A stretch of DNA of 64,000 nt from an uncultured Verrucomicrobiae bacterium. GTDB lineage: Bacteria > Verrucomicrobiota > Verrucomicrobiia > Opitutales > JABDGR01. Position numbers and translations under genes: made by a program. Positions 20,857-31,318 of this stretch are shown one piece after another (the stretch's first letter is position 1; every line of letters starts with the position of its first letter). The notes beneath the pieces are model-generated. The model did not search any database, was not told where the DNA came from, and was given only the letters and a program-made list of their open reading frames with translations. The stretch spans positions 416,001 through 480,000 of the forward strand of contig CAVXVB010000005.1 of assembly GCA_963765205.1 (NCBI GenBank), given 5' to 3'.

Positions 20857-23751
20857 ATGAAAATCCTGCCCACTTGGATTGGCCGCGCGCGCGCGCGGCT
20901 GGGCCGCCTGCAGCGCGGTTCCATTCTGCTGCTCACCTTGTTCATCGCTTTCGGCTTGACCCTGATGATCGGCGTGCTCCTGCAGGCCACCGTCACCCAG
21001 GAACGGTTGAACCGGCGCTCCGTCCTGTCCCTCGAGGCGAAAGACGCGGTCGAAAGCGCCACCGAATACGTCATCTCCCAGCTCAAATTGAGCTTCGACA
21101 ACTACCCCTACATCACGGGCAATTATTTCGTCCAAAACCCGATCACCATCCCGGCCAACATCAGCTCCTGGCTCTTCAACGGCACGGATGTCGACCCGAA
21201 CAACGTCACTGTCACGGTCGGGATCGTGCCCAACTCGACCCCGATTTTTATTGATCCGACGAACCCGGCCAACGATTTCGACCCCGACGTGGGGCGCACC
21301 GTCGCCGCCACGGATGTTTACGTTTATGCCAGCGCCACCGCGCAGAATCAATTTGGCACCACCACCGCCTACGGCTCGCAGGCGCTCGAAGTGCGCAACA
21401 GTCCGCTGTTCACCAACGCGGTCTTTTACACCCTGGCCATGGAGTTTTTCCCCGGCCCGGCCATGACCATCAGCGGCCCGGTGCATACCAATGGCGACCT
21501 GTGGGTGGCGGCGGAAACCGGGCTGACTTTTCCAGCCCCGTCTCCGCCACCGGCAAGTTCCATGTGGGCTTCATGCCTTGGGCGAGCAATTGGTCGGCCA
21601 ACGAATCCGGCTATGACGGTCATGACGTTTACTTTCCCAATGGCACCGCCAATGGCAGCACCACGCCCCTCCGTTCGGGCGTGAGCAGCAGCAATTATGA
21701 TTCCAACACCAGCTATTGGGACAGCGCCCAAACCAATTACACGGGCCAGACCTACACCACCTGGCGGCAGATGGCGGCCCATCTGTGGGATGGCAATCTG
21801 CAGGACTCCGCCAACGAAGTGCCCGACGAGCAAGTCACCGGCTACAACGACACGCTTTACCATATCAATGGCACCAACCAAACTTTGAATTACGCCTACG
21901 CGATGATCGAGCCGGTCCAGCCCAGCACCTATCCCAACGGCACGGCCAACCCCTTCAACCTCGGCGCGGGCGAAGCGCAAAAATTTGAGACGCAGGCCGG
22001 CCTCATCGCCAAAGTGCTCACCACGGGCGCCGCCAACATCACCACCAACACGGTCGTCACCGGCAACGTCACCGGCAACAGCGTCGCCAACAACACCATC
22101 GTCAACACCAGCATCGCCGCCAATGAACTCAACATCAACGGGACAGTGGCCGGCATCTACAACGGTGGCAGTATTACCCTCGCTTCCGCTGGAAACATGA
22201 CGATTTCAGGAAATCTTCTCCTCGCTAATGGCACCGCGACCACTTTTTCGGGCAATCTGACCAATCCGGTCGCCGCCACCAATGCCTCCGCCTTCACCCT
22301 CGTCACCCAAAACCAGAATAATAGCACCATCCCCGCCAATGTCACCGGCAACAATCTCACCCAAAGCACCCTGATGGAAACCACGACCTCGTCCTATAGC
22401 AGCTCGACGCACAACACCACCATCACCACCACCCGTTATGTCGGCATGGCCTATGTGGAATTGGACGCCGTGCAATCAACGGTCAATAGCACCACCAACG
22501 CCTTGCAGCCGGTTTACAAGGCCGGCACCGCGATTACGGACTCTTCCGGCGTCGTCACGTATCCCGGCGATATCATCGAGCAGCCGTTGGCGGTGAATTC
22601 CTCGATGATTACGGGCACTTATAATGCCGCCACCGGGGACCGTCACCAACGGCGCCTTGCAAGGCATGCTGACCTTCAGCCCCGCCATCGGCAATATGAC
22701 CAACCAGTCCAGCTACTCCGGCAACATGAACGATATTTGGGGCGGCATGTATGACAATCGCCGCCAGGCGGCGGTTTCCATGGTCAATCTCGACGTGGGC
22801 GCGCTCAAGGCCGTGGTGGACAACAATGCCTCGGGTTATGCCAACACTTCGGCGGCCTTTTTCAACGGCACCGGCAGCGCCGCGTTCAACCCAGCGAACC
22901 AATACAATGGGGTGGTCTATGTCGAGTTCCCCTCGGAGCCCGGCAACCTCTCGCGCACGGACCCCGTCACTGCCAACGTCACCGCCAACGGCTCTGTCAA
23001 CGGCACCACCTATGCGGGCGATTGTGTCATTGATAGCGTGGGCGCCGGCAACACGACTTATGGCGTGGCCATGGGTCTGGGCATCGTCAACGCCACCTCG
23101 AACAGCACTTCGACGGGGGTGCCCAACCCCAATTACACCACGTCCACCATTGGCCAGGCCGGCCGGGTCAACGGCTTCACCCTCGCCACTAACAATGCCA
23201 TGTATATCTATGGCAATTTCAATGCCGACGGCAATCTGAACACGCCGGAAACCAACAGCACGGCGGACACGCTGTATAACTCCACCATGCCGGACGTGCC
23301 CAGCAACCCCGACCCGTCCTGTTGCCTGTCGGCGGATTGCGTCACCGCCCTGTCCGGCAGTTGGTCGAACCGCGGCAGTAAAACCATGGACACCGTGGCC
23401 AGTTCGGGCGCGGTGGAGATTAACACAGCCATCATTACGGGCATCGCGCCGACTTCCGGGAACACGCTCAGCGGCGGGGTGAACAATTACCCGCGTTTCC
23501 TGGAGCAATGGACGACCAACTCGGTCGTGTGCCGCTATCGCGGCTCGATGGTCTGCCTGTTCACCAGCGAAATCGGCAACCAGGGCTGGAGTAATTCCTA
23601 CTTTAGCGCGCCGGTCCGACAATGGGGCTATTACAATCAATTCAAGAATGGATATTATCCGCCCGGCACGCCCAATTCACGCTCCTATTTCCGCGTCAAC
23701 TTCAGTTACATCACCCAGACCCAGTATAATGCCGCAGTCAGCGGGCTTTGA
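20857..23751 (+). CDS. Large PilX-like pilus tip/adhesin protein (~960 aa), two frameshifts (~21530 T run, ~22636 G run)
   Basis: QRG|SILLLTL (no Glu5, PilX-like), ISGPVHTNGDLW, Asn/Thr-rich middle, C-terminal GGVNNYPRFLEQW...YRGSMVCLF...APVRQWGY...PPGTP; three overlapping ORFs join. Confidence 0.72.
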
Positions 23752-23826
23752 ATCCAAGCCGCCGGACGCGGAGCGGAACGCGCGCGTTTGGCTTGCTCCG
23801 GGCTTGATCACGCCCACAATGTCCCC

Positions 23827-24714
23827 ATGTCGTTTTCGGGCAAAATTCACTTCACCTTGTCGTGCGCGCGTCCCGCGCTTCTTTGGCTGGCCTTTGGCTT
23901 GACGCCGCTGGCCCTGGCCGCCGCCGACCCGGCTATCCCAGCTTCGCCGCCGGCCGCCACCACGCCAGCCGCCAGCGCGCCGACCTCCAGCACGCCAGCC
24001 CCGGCTGCGGCAACCGCCCCCGCGCCACTCGTGATTCCGGATTCCGTGCCGGACAACGTCAACCCCTTTGCCGGTCCCGTTAAGCCGGTGCCCTTAAAGG
24101 TGCCCGCGCCCCTTACCTTGAACGTGGACATCAAGCACGCGACCTTCGACGGCTTCACCACCATGCAAATGTTTGTCAGCGGCCCGGATTTTAATTGGAT
24201 GTTTGACCCTTTGGACGACTGGATCCTGGCGCCCGTGGGCTATGGCGAATCCGTCGCCCTGGTTTATAAGCTCAAGCCGGAAGCCCGTTTGTCCCTGACT
24301 TTGTATCCGGCGGATTTAATGCCTGGCCTCACGCTGGCGGAGATTACGCAATACCTGGCCACCGTGCGTGAGCCGAACCCGGATGGGTTTATCCTCCTTT
24401 CCCCCATTCCCCAGGGGGGCGGCAATCTCGAGGTCACCTATTTTTCCAGCTTTCGCGGGCAGGGCGTGGCCTATGCCCTCGTGGGCTCGACGGTGCTCAT
24501 CCACCACCAATGGTTTGTGGACCTTAATAAAGAATATGTTTTGGTGATAGATTTGGCCTGTCCGCCGGCGCTGCTTGACCGGTTGGATCCCCAAGTGCGT
24601 TTCACCCTTGGGAGGAGCCGCGTCCTCAAGGGCTTGGGCATGGATGAGCCCAAGACGCCCGCCCCCGCGCCGCCCGCCGATTCCGGCACCGTGCCCGCCA
24701 AGACGACTCAATAA
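23827..24714 (+). CDS. Secreted hypothetical protein with Pro/Ala-rich linker
   Basis: Signal peptide ending ALA-A, PAST-rich segment, globular C-domain. Confidence 0.65.
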   Translation: MSFSGKIHFTLSCARPALLWLAFGLTPLALAAADPAIPASPPAATTPAASAPTSSTPAPAAATAPAPLVIPDSVPDNVNPFAGPVKPVPLKVPAPLTLNVDIKHATFDGFTTMQMFVSGPDFNWMFDPLDDWILAPVGYGESVALVYKLKPEARLSLTLYPADLMPGLTLAEITQYLATVREPNPDGFILLSPIPQGGGNLEVTYFSSFRGQGVAYALVGSTVLIHHQWFVDLNKEYVLVIDLACPPALLDRLDPQVRFTLGRSRVLKGLGMDEPKTPAPAPPADSGTVPAKTTQ

Positions 24715-24758
24715 CGGCGCATTGACGCGGGGCGCAGGGCGGGTTTTACTCGTCGCTT

Positions 24759-26162
24759 ATGTCCGAAGAAAACGTATATGATTTGGTGGTCATTGGCGGC
24801 GGGCCGGCCGGTTACGCGGGTGCCATCCGCGCCGGCCAGCTCGGCCGCAAAGTCGCCTGCATCGAGATGGAGCGCCCCGGCGGCACCTGCCTCAACTGGG
24901 GTTGCATCCCGACCAAGGCGCTGCTCAAGAGCGCCGAGCTTTACGAAACGATGCGCCATGCCGACGTCTTTGGTTTTCATTGCGAAAAGATCACGGTGGA
25001 TTTTGCCCAAGTCATGCTGCGCTCGCGGGTGGTGGCCGACCAGATGTCGAAGGGCATCGGGTTCCTGTTTAAAAAGAACAAAGTCGAGCACGTCATCGGC
25101 AAGGGTTGTGTCAATGTGCCTGGCTTGGTAGAAGTCACCTCCGGCGAAGCGAAGGGCTGCCTGCTCCAGGCGAAGAACATTCTCCTTGCCACCGGCTGCC
25201 GCGCCAAAGTATTGCCCGGCCTCACGCCCGACGGCGTGCGCGTGCTGACTTCCCTCGAGGCGCTCCAGCTCAAAAAAATGCCCGCCTCGATCATCATCCT
25301 CGGCGCGGGGGCCATCGGCGTCGAGTTCGCGTATTTCCTCAACGCCTTCGGCTGCAAGGTCACGCTCGTCGAGATGCTCCCGCGTATTTTGCCGGTCGAG
25401 GACGAGGAGGTTTCCGCCGGCCTTGAGCGGGCCTTCAAAAAACAGGGCATCGAATGCCGCACTGGTGTAAAGGCCGAAAATATCCGCGTCGAGTCCGCCG
25501 GCGTGAAAGTGGACTTGGTCTCAGGGCAGGGCGGGGCGCGCGCCACCGTGGCCGCCGAGGCGCTGCTCATCGCAGTCGGCGTCGCTGCGAACACGGACGG
25601 CCTCCTTAGTCCCAAGGTCAAACTCAAGATGGATCGCGGGTTTATCGTCGTGGATGGGCAGTATCAGGCCAGTGTCAAAGGCCTCTACGGCGCGGGTGAT
25701 GTCATCGGGCCGCCCTGGCTCGCACATGTGGCGACGTTTGAGGCCGTGCAGGCCGTCAACGGCATGTTTGGCCACGGCACGCCGCGCCGGGTCGAGCGTT
25801 TCCCCGGCTGCACTTACTGCCAGCCGCAAGTCGCCAGCATTGGCCTGACCGAGCGCGCCTGCCAGGACAAGGGCCTCAAATACCAAATCGGCAAATTCCC
25901 CTTCACCGCCTCCGGCAAAGCCGTCGCCGTGAACCACCCCGAAGGCTTTGTGAAAGTCATCGTGGATTCCGCCACCGGGGAAATTTTGGGCGCGCACATC
26001 CTCGGCGCCGACGCCACCGAACTCATCGCCGAATTCGGCCTCGCCATGGAACTCGAAGCCACCTGGGAGGAAATCCACGCCACCATCCACGCGCACCCCA
26101 CCCTCAGCGAAGCTGTCGGCGAAGCCGCCGCCGCGACCCATTCAGAAGCGATTCATATTTGA
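24759..26162 (+). CDS. lpdA: Dihydrolipoyl dehydrogenase
   Basis: GGGPAGY, GGTCLNWGCIPTK, GAGAIG, HAHPTLSE. Confidence 0.95.
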   Translation: MSEENVYDLVVIGGGPAGYAGAIRAGQLGRKVACIEMERPGGTCLNWGCIPTKALLKSAELYETMRHADVFGFHCEKITVDFAQVMLRSRVVADQMSKGIGFLFKKNKVEHVIGKGCVNVPGLVEVTSGEAKGCLLQAKNILLATGCRAKVLPGLTPDGVRVLTSLEALQLKKMPASIIILGAGAIGVEFAYFLNAFGCKVTLVEMLPRILPVEDEEVSAGLERAFKKQGIECRTGVKAENIRVESAGVKVDLVSGQGGARATVAAEALLIAVGVAANTDGLLSPKVKLKMDRGFIVVDGQYQASVKGLYGAGDVIGPPWLAHVATFEAVQAVNGMFGHGTPRRVERFPGCTYCQPQVASIGLTERACQDKGLKYQIGKFPFTASGKAVAVNHPEGFVKVIVDSATGEILGAHILGADATELIAEFGLAMELEATWEEIHATIHAHPTLSEAVGEAAAATHSEAIHI

Positions 26163-26294
26163 GCAGCGGGAACGAGCCGGATGCGGACGCGGGCCGATGC
26201 GCCGGCCTGGTCCGGGGGAAAAATTTGAAGAAATTAAATTTTGGGAGAAATAATTTGAACGGAACCGGCGGCTGCGCGTCTATACCATTCGCCC

Positions 26295-27769
26295 ATGAAA
26301 GATTTTTTGTTGCAGTGGCTGGGCCGCTTCGGCGGCCTGGCCGACGTCCAACCGCTCATCGCGCTGTTCCTCAGCGCCGCGCTACTTGCCGTTTTTTTGG
26401 CGGCATTGTTTGAGGCGCGCCCGGCGCCGGCGCCCGGCACCAGCCTGCTCTGGACGCTCTATCGCCAAACCACCAAACTCATATGGGCGATCCTGCTCGT
26501 TTTCCTGCTCATCGCGGCCCTCTCCCTGCTGAGAACGTATTTGCGGGAGAACGTGGACGGTTTCCGCAGCCAACATGGCCGTGTCACCCAGGCGAATTAC
26601 AACGCCGTCCAGACTATTTGGGGTTCCGAACAGCACCAAGGCGAATTGGGGGTAAGAATCTTTCATGACGAGGAAATCACCGAGCGCATCGAATCGGAGG
26701 ATTTGACCAAGCCGGCCCTGCTGCGGGAAAAGACGGTGCAGGTCAACGTGACAGGCAATCCGTATGTTTCTGAAAATCATACGGTTGCGCTGGTGCAAAA
26801 CCCGCGCCGGAAAGGCTCCGCTTTTTACGATGGCTACGAGACGGACTGCCAGTTTTCCTGGAAATTGCGCAATCCGGCGGACTCGGCGCAAAGCTGCACG
26901 CTGACTTTTCCGCTGCCCGCCGCCCAAGCCATGTATGACGGATTGAGCGCCACGTTGAATGGCGCGGACGTGTTGCCGCAAATGCAAATCAAGGACGCCA
27001 GCCTGGTCCTTGCGCTCGATTTGCAACCTGGCGAGGCGCTGGACTTCCGCATCGCATTCAAAAGCCGCGGGCTTTCGTTTTGGTATTTCCAAGTCTCCCA
27101 GCCGCGGGAGCTGCGCGATTTCACCCTGACCCTCAGCCTTCCTGGCTTGCCCGCCGCCAAGCTCAACTACCCCGACGGTTGCATGACCCCGACGGATATC
27201 AAGCCCACCACCGACGGCCAGGGCACGACTCTGGTTTATCACCTCGATCACGCGCTGTCCGACAAAGGCATGGGCATCGCCCTGCCCCAACTACCCCAGC
27301 CCGGGGAAGTTACTCGCGCGGTTTTGGACGAAACCGAACCGGCGTGGCTGCTGACCTTTGCCATGCTTGCGCTCGGCTTGACCCTGGCTGGCATTCGCCA
27401 AGCCGTCCTGTTGAGCATTCTCTTTGGCACGGCTACGGCGTTCGGCTATGGGCTGTTGGCGGATTTCAGCGACATTCTCTTTGGCTTTTGGGTACTGCCG
27501 CGATCATCTTGCTGCCGTTGTTCGTATTTCTGGCTTGGTTATTGCGCCGCGTGGCGCGTGCGGCCGGCGGGTTTCTGGCCGTTGAATTGCTGTTGCTCGG
27601 CTTGATCTACCCTTGTTCCGCCGGCCTTGATCCTTCCCACCAAACGCTCTACCTCGACTTGTTTGGCCTGCTGCTGCTGGCCTCGAACAGTTGGCTGTTG
27701 GTGCAACGTCTTGAGGTCTCGGCGCCCGCACCCATTCCGCCTGCCGCTGTCAAAACCGCTTTAGGATGA
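26295..27769 (+). CDS. Inner-membrane CreD-like protein (frameshift at GGG ~27490)
   Basis: N-terminal TMs, VQTIWGSEQHQ, RRKGSAFY, periplasmic domain and several C-terminal TMs that continue in ORF 27080..27769. Confidence 0.55.
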
Positions 27770-27803
27770 TCCGCCGCCGCATCGGCCGCCAGCCCGAAAT
27801 TGA

Positions 27804-27867
27804 ACCACGGATGGCACGGATTTCACGGAGAACATTTCCCATCTGTGCTATCCGTGCCATCCGTGGT
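27804..27867. repeat. Palindromic 9-mer-period intergenic repeat (ACCACGGA family)
   Basis: ACCACGGATGGCACGGAT ... ATCCGTGCCATCCGTGGT, perfect 18-bp arms between convergent genes. Confidence 0.8.
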
Positions 27868-27879
27868 AAAAAGCGCACC

Positions 27880-28260
27880 TCAAGCCGGTTTCTTTTCAGC
27901 AAACGCCTCGCCGAAAATTTCCTGATAGACGTGACGGAAGGCCTCGCCGTCAATGCGCGAGTAGGTGTTGTCCTCGGTGGCCTTGCCGGCTTGGTAAACG
28001 GCCTTGCTGATCCAGTGCTGTTTGGCAAAGGCATCGCCGTAGAGTGTGAAGGTTGTGTCCTTGTGCTTGGTCGAAAGCTCCTTGAGGTCCTTGAAAGCCG
28101 GCTCCCACTCGACGGTGAAGACGATGCGCCCGGCGGCATCCTCGGCGGCCCCCTCGGGGTCTTTGGCTTTGGCGAGGGCCAGCACGGCGGCGCGCGTCGC
28201 GGCGGCGAGGGCGGGTTGGGCGGCTGACAAGGCGACCAGGTTGCGGACGGGATTTTTCAT
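27880..28260 (-). CDS. Hypothetical protein
   Basis: 126-aa ORF with genome-like codon usage and an ATG start, downstream of ffh. Confidence 0.65.
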   Translation of the reverse strand: MKNPVRNLVALSAAQPALAAATRAAVLALAKAKDPEGAAEDAAGRIVFTVEWEPAFKDLKELSTKHKDTTFTLYGDAFAKQHWISKAVYQAGKATEDNTYSRIDGEAFRHVYQEIFGEAFAEKKPA

Positions 28261-28261
28261 G

Positions 28262-28388
28262 GATTGCTGATTTATGATTGCTGAATGCTGAATGAAGATT
28301 TCGTTACAGGCGAGAACAAGGTATTAAGGATAGTCGGCTGGGTTTCGGTGTTCAGAATTCAGAAATCAGCATTCAGCAATCAGAATTA
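28262..28388. repeat. Inverted heptamer-period repeat (TGCTGAA / TTCAGCA family)
   Basis: gattgctgatttatgattgctgaatgctgaa ... ttcagaattcagaaatcagcattcagcaatcagaatt. Confidence 0.7.
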
Positions 28389-28404
28389 AAAACACCGGTC
28401 TCAG

Positions 28405-29787
28405 CTAACGCCGGCCAAAACCTCCACCTATTCCGCCCATCCCACCCATTCCCCCCGGGCCGCCCATCTTGCGGCTCATTTCGGCCATCATCCGCTTGCC
28501 TTTGCCGCCTTTGAACATCTTCAGCATCTTGCGCATTTCCTCGAATTGCTTGAGCAGTTGGTTCACGTCGCGCACCTCGACGCCCGCGCCCTTGGCGATG
28601 CGCATGCGCCGGCTGCCGTTGAGCAGTTGCGGTTTTTGCCGCTCGAGCGGCGTCATCGAGAGGATGATGGCCTCGGTGCGCTTGAGTTTGTTTTCCTCCT
28701 TCGCGCCGATTTCAAAATCGCCCATCCCCGGCATCATTTTCATCACGTTGCCGAGCGGCCCGAGTTTTTTCATCTGCCGCATCTGCGCCAGAAAGTCCTC
28801 CAGATTCATGTCCGCCGACTTCATTTTCTCGGCGAGGCGCTCGGTCTCGGCCTGGTCCAGGTTTTCCTGCGCCTTCTCGACGAGCGAAACCACGTCGCCC
28901 ATGCCCAGGATGCGCTGGGCCATGCGGTCGGGGTGGAAGACGTCGAAGTCCGCGCTCTTTTCGCCGGTGCCCGCGAATTTGACCGGCACGCCGGTCACGG
29001 ATTTCATCGAGAGCGCCGCGCCGCCGCGCGCGTCGCCGTCGAGCTTTGTCAGCACGATGCCGGTCAGTTGCAAGGCTTCATGAAAGGCGCGGGCGACGTT
29101 CACCGCTTCCTGGCCGAGGGCGGCGTCGGCCACGAGCAGGATTTCGTGCGGTTGCACGACCTCGCGCACGCGCTTGATTTCCTCGATCAAGTCCGCAGCG
29201 ATTTGCAGGCGGCCGGCGGTGTCGAAAATCAGCGCATCGGGCGGCGGATGCATGGTCGGAACGTGCGCGAGCGCGCCGCGCGCAATGGCCGGCACGTCCT
29301 TGGTCGCGCGGTTGGCGAAGAAGGCGAGATGCTCAGCCTTCGCCAACGTTTCGAGCTGATCAATGGCGGCGGGGCGTTGGGCGTCGCAGGCCACGAGCAG
29401 GGGCGCGTAACCGCGCTTGTGCAGCAGCCGGCCCAGCTTGGCGGCCGTGGTGGTCTTCCCGGAGCCTTGCAAGCCCACCAGCAGCACGCGCAGCGGTCGC
29501 GCGGTGGAAAACTCCGCGGTGCCTTCGCCCAGCAGCCGCACCAACTCGTCGTGAATTACCTTGACCACTTGCTGGCCGGGGCTGACGGACTGGAGGACTT
29601 CCTGCCCGGCGCACTGTTGCTGCACGCGCTCGACAAAGTCGCCCGCCACCTTGAACTGCACGTCCGCCGCGAGCAACGCCGTGCGCACCTCGGCCAGCGC
29701 CTCGGTCGTGTTCTCGGGCGTGAGTTTGGACAGCCCGCGCAATCGGCGCAGGGCGTGGCTCATCCGGTCGGTCAGGGCTTCGAACAT
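28405..29787 (-). CDS. ffh: Signal recognition particle protein
   Basis: [28 protein letters not shown], Met-rich M domain, [11 protein letters not shown]. Confidence 0.96.
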   Translation of the reverse strand: MFEALTDRMSHALRRLRGLSKLTPENTTEALAEVRTALLAADVQFKVAGDFVERVQQQCAGQEVLQSVSPGQQVVKVIHDELVRLLGEGTAEFSTARPLRVLLVGLQGSGKTTTAAKLGRLLHKRGYAPLLVACDAQRPAAIDQLETLAKAEHLAFFANRATKDVPAIARGALAHVPTMHPPPDALIFDTAGRLQIAADLIEEIKRVREVVQPHEILLVADAALGQEAVNVARAFHEALQLTGIVLTKLDGDARGGAALSMKSVTGVPVKFAGTGEKSADFDVFHPDRMAQRILGMGDVVSLVEKAQENLDQAETERLAEKMKSADMNLEDFLAQMRQMKKLGPLGNVMKMMPGMGDFEIGAKEENKLKRTEAIILSMTPLERQKPQLLNGSRRMRIAKGAGVEVRDVNQLLKQFEEMRKMLKMFKGGKGKRMMAEMSRKMGGPGGMGGMGGIGGGFGRR

Positions 29788-29931
29788 GGCGCGAAAAGGG
29801 CGAGCATGAACAGGAGTTGCCCGGCGCGCAATCCTTCGCCGCTTTGCACTTCAAAAATCAGTTACGTCGCAACCGAGCAACATGACCAGGCACTCCCCTG
29901 CGTTCTTCGCGCCTGGCGGTAAAATCAGTGT

Positions 29932-30333
29932 TCAGACTTCCGCGATAAAATCAACCACCCCGGGCGCGGCGGCCGGTGGGGGCGCCATACTTTCGTGGAG
30001 GATGGCGGGGTCCACGTCGTCGTGCTGCATGAGGCCGAGCAGGGCGACCATGGTGCCGGCGGCGAGAAGCAGGCCGGCGAGGAACAGAATCGTCAGCAAC
30101 GGCGCGTCGTAAATCAAGTGCATGAACCAGAAGATGACGCAGAAAAATTTCACGATGGAGAGGGTGACCAGCGTCGTCATGAGCACCCAGGAGGGCAACG
30201 GCAGAAAAATAACGACGATCTCCACACCGGTGAACACAGACAGGAACAGCGCGAGATTGATAAACGCGTGGTAGCGCCGGTTCTCCTGGACGAGAAGCTC
30301 GGCGTGCGAAAGGGCGTGGGCGGCGGCGCTCAT
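29932..30333 (-). CDS. ctaF: Cytochrome c oxidase subunit IV (caa3-type)
   Basis: Three TMs, VKF..V..WFMHL motif, last gene of the cox operon. Confidence 0.8.
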   Translation of the reverse strand: MSAAAHALSHAELLVQENRRYHAFINLALFLSVFTGVEIVVIFLPLPSWVLMTTLVTLSIVKFFCVIFWFMHLIYDAPLLTILFLAGLLLAAGTMVALLGLMQHDDVDPAILHESMAPPPAAAPGVVDFIAEV

Positions 30334-30354
30334 GGGCAAGGTTCGCGGGGGGCG

Positions 30355-31287
30355 TTATTGGGGCGGGTTGTAGCCGGGGATGTATTCGACCAGGTAAACG
30401 GCGGTGAAAATGATGATCCAGACGATGTCCACGAAGTGCCAGTAAAGGCCCATGATTTCGACATCAATGGCCGCGCTGTGCATGTTCTTCTCGAAACGGC
30501 CGGTAAAGGAGTAGAAATACATGGAGACGAGCCAGAGCACGCCGATGGCGACGTGGGTGCCGTGGGTACCGGTCATCAAAAAGAACGTCGAGCCGAAAAC
30601 ACTGTTTTGCATCGAGAGCGACTTTTTCTCGACTTTCTCCTGCTTGAAGGCGGTGACAATCCAATCGTTATGTTTTACGACCTGCTCGGCGGGGGTGAGG
30701 GCCTTGTCCTCCGGCGCGGTGTCGGCCGGGGCGGCCAGCCAGTCAGGATGGGCCGCGAACAGGCGGTGGGCGAGGTCGGCCTTGGCGCGGGTGGCGTCAG
30801 CCGGACCTTCGTAAGTCGAGGAGATGGTTTCGCCGGCGGGGGTCTTCACCGAGAAGGTATACAGCGCATGCCCGTCGAAAAAGTGCGTAAATTCATAGAC
30901 CTGACCGGTGAGGAAGATGAGGCCGAAAATAATCACGCCAATGGTCGCACGGCGAAAACTCTTGATCTGGCCTTTGTGCATGGCCGACACCGCGAGTGCC
31001 ATCAGGAACGAACTCATCAACAGGATGAACGTCGAGAAGGAGGTGAGCTGGATGTCGAACGTGCTCAGGATGTCAATAATGCCCTTGTCCGTCGAGCCGT
31101 AGGGATAGACTTTGCGGTAAACCAGGTGCGTCGAGATGAGCGTGCCGAAGAACATGCAGTCCGACGCGAGAAAGAGCCACATCAGCACTTTTTTCGTCTC
31201 AATCCCGGTGGCGGTGGGCGGATGCGCGTCGTGGGCCTCGGCGGGGCCGGAGGAATCGGCGTGAGCAATGGCGGCGGTGGCGGACAT
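30355..31287 (-). CDS. ctaE: Cytochrome c oxidase subunit III
   Basis: MWLFLASDCMFF, TGTHGTHV, GLYWHFVDIVW. Confidence 0.92.
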   Translation of the reverse strand: MSATAAIAHADSSGPAEAHDAHPPTATGIETKKVLMWLFLASDCMFFGTLISTHLVYRKVYPYGSTDKGIIDILSTFDIQLTSFSTFILLMSSFLMALAVSAMHKGQIKSFRRATIGVIIFGLIFLTGQVYEFTHFFDGHALYTFSVKTPAGETISSTYEGPADATRAKADLAHRLFAAHPDWLAAPADTAPEDKALTPAEQVVKHNDWIVTAFKQEKVEKKSLSMQNSVFGSTFFLMTGTHGTHVAIGVLWLVSMYFYSFTGRFEKNMHSAAIDVEIMGLYWHFVDIVWIIIFTAVYLVEYIPGYNPPQ

Positions 31288-31318
31288 GGGAAGGGGAAAA
31301 TTCGGCGGGCGGACGATT

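Noticed and set aside
29790..29930. SRP RNA (ffs) upstream of ffh
   Set aside because: No conserved SRP domain IV motif (CAGG...GGAA...AGCAG) was seen on either strand.
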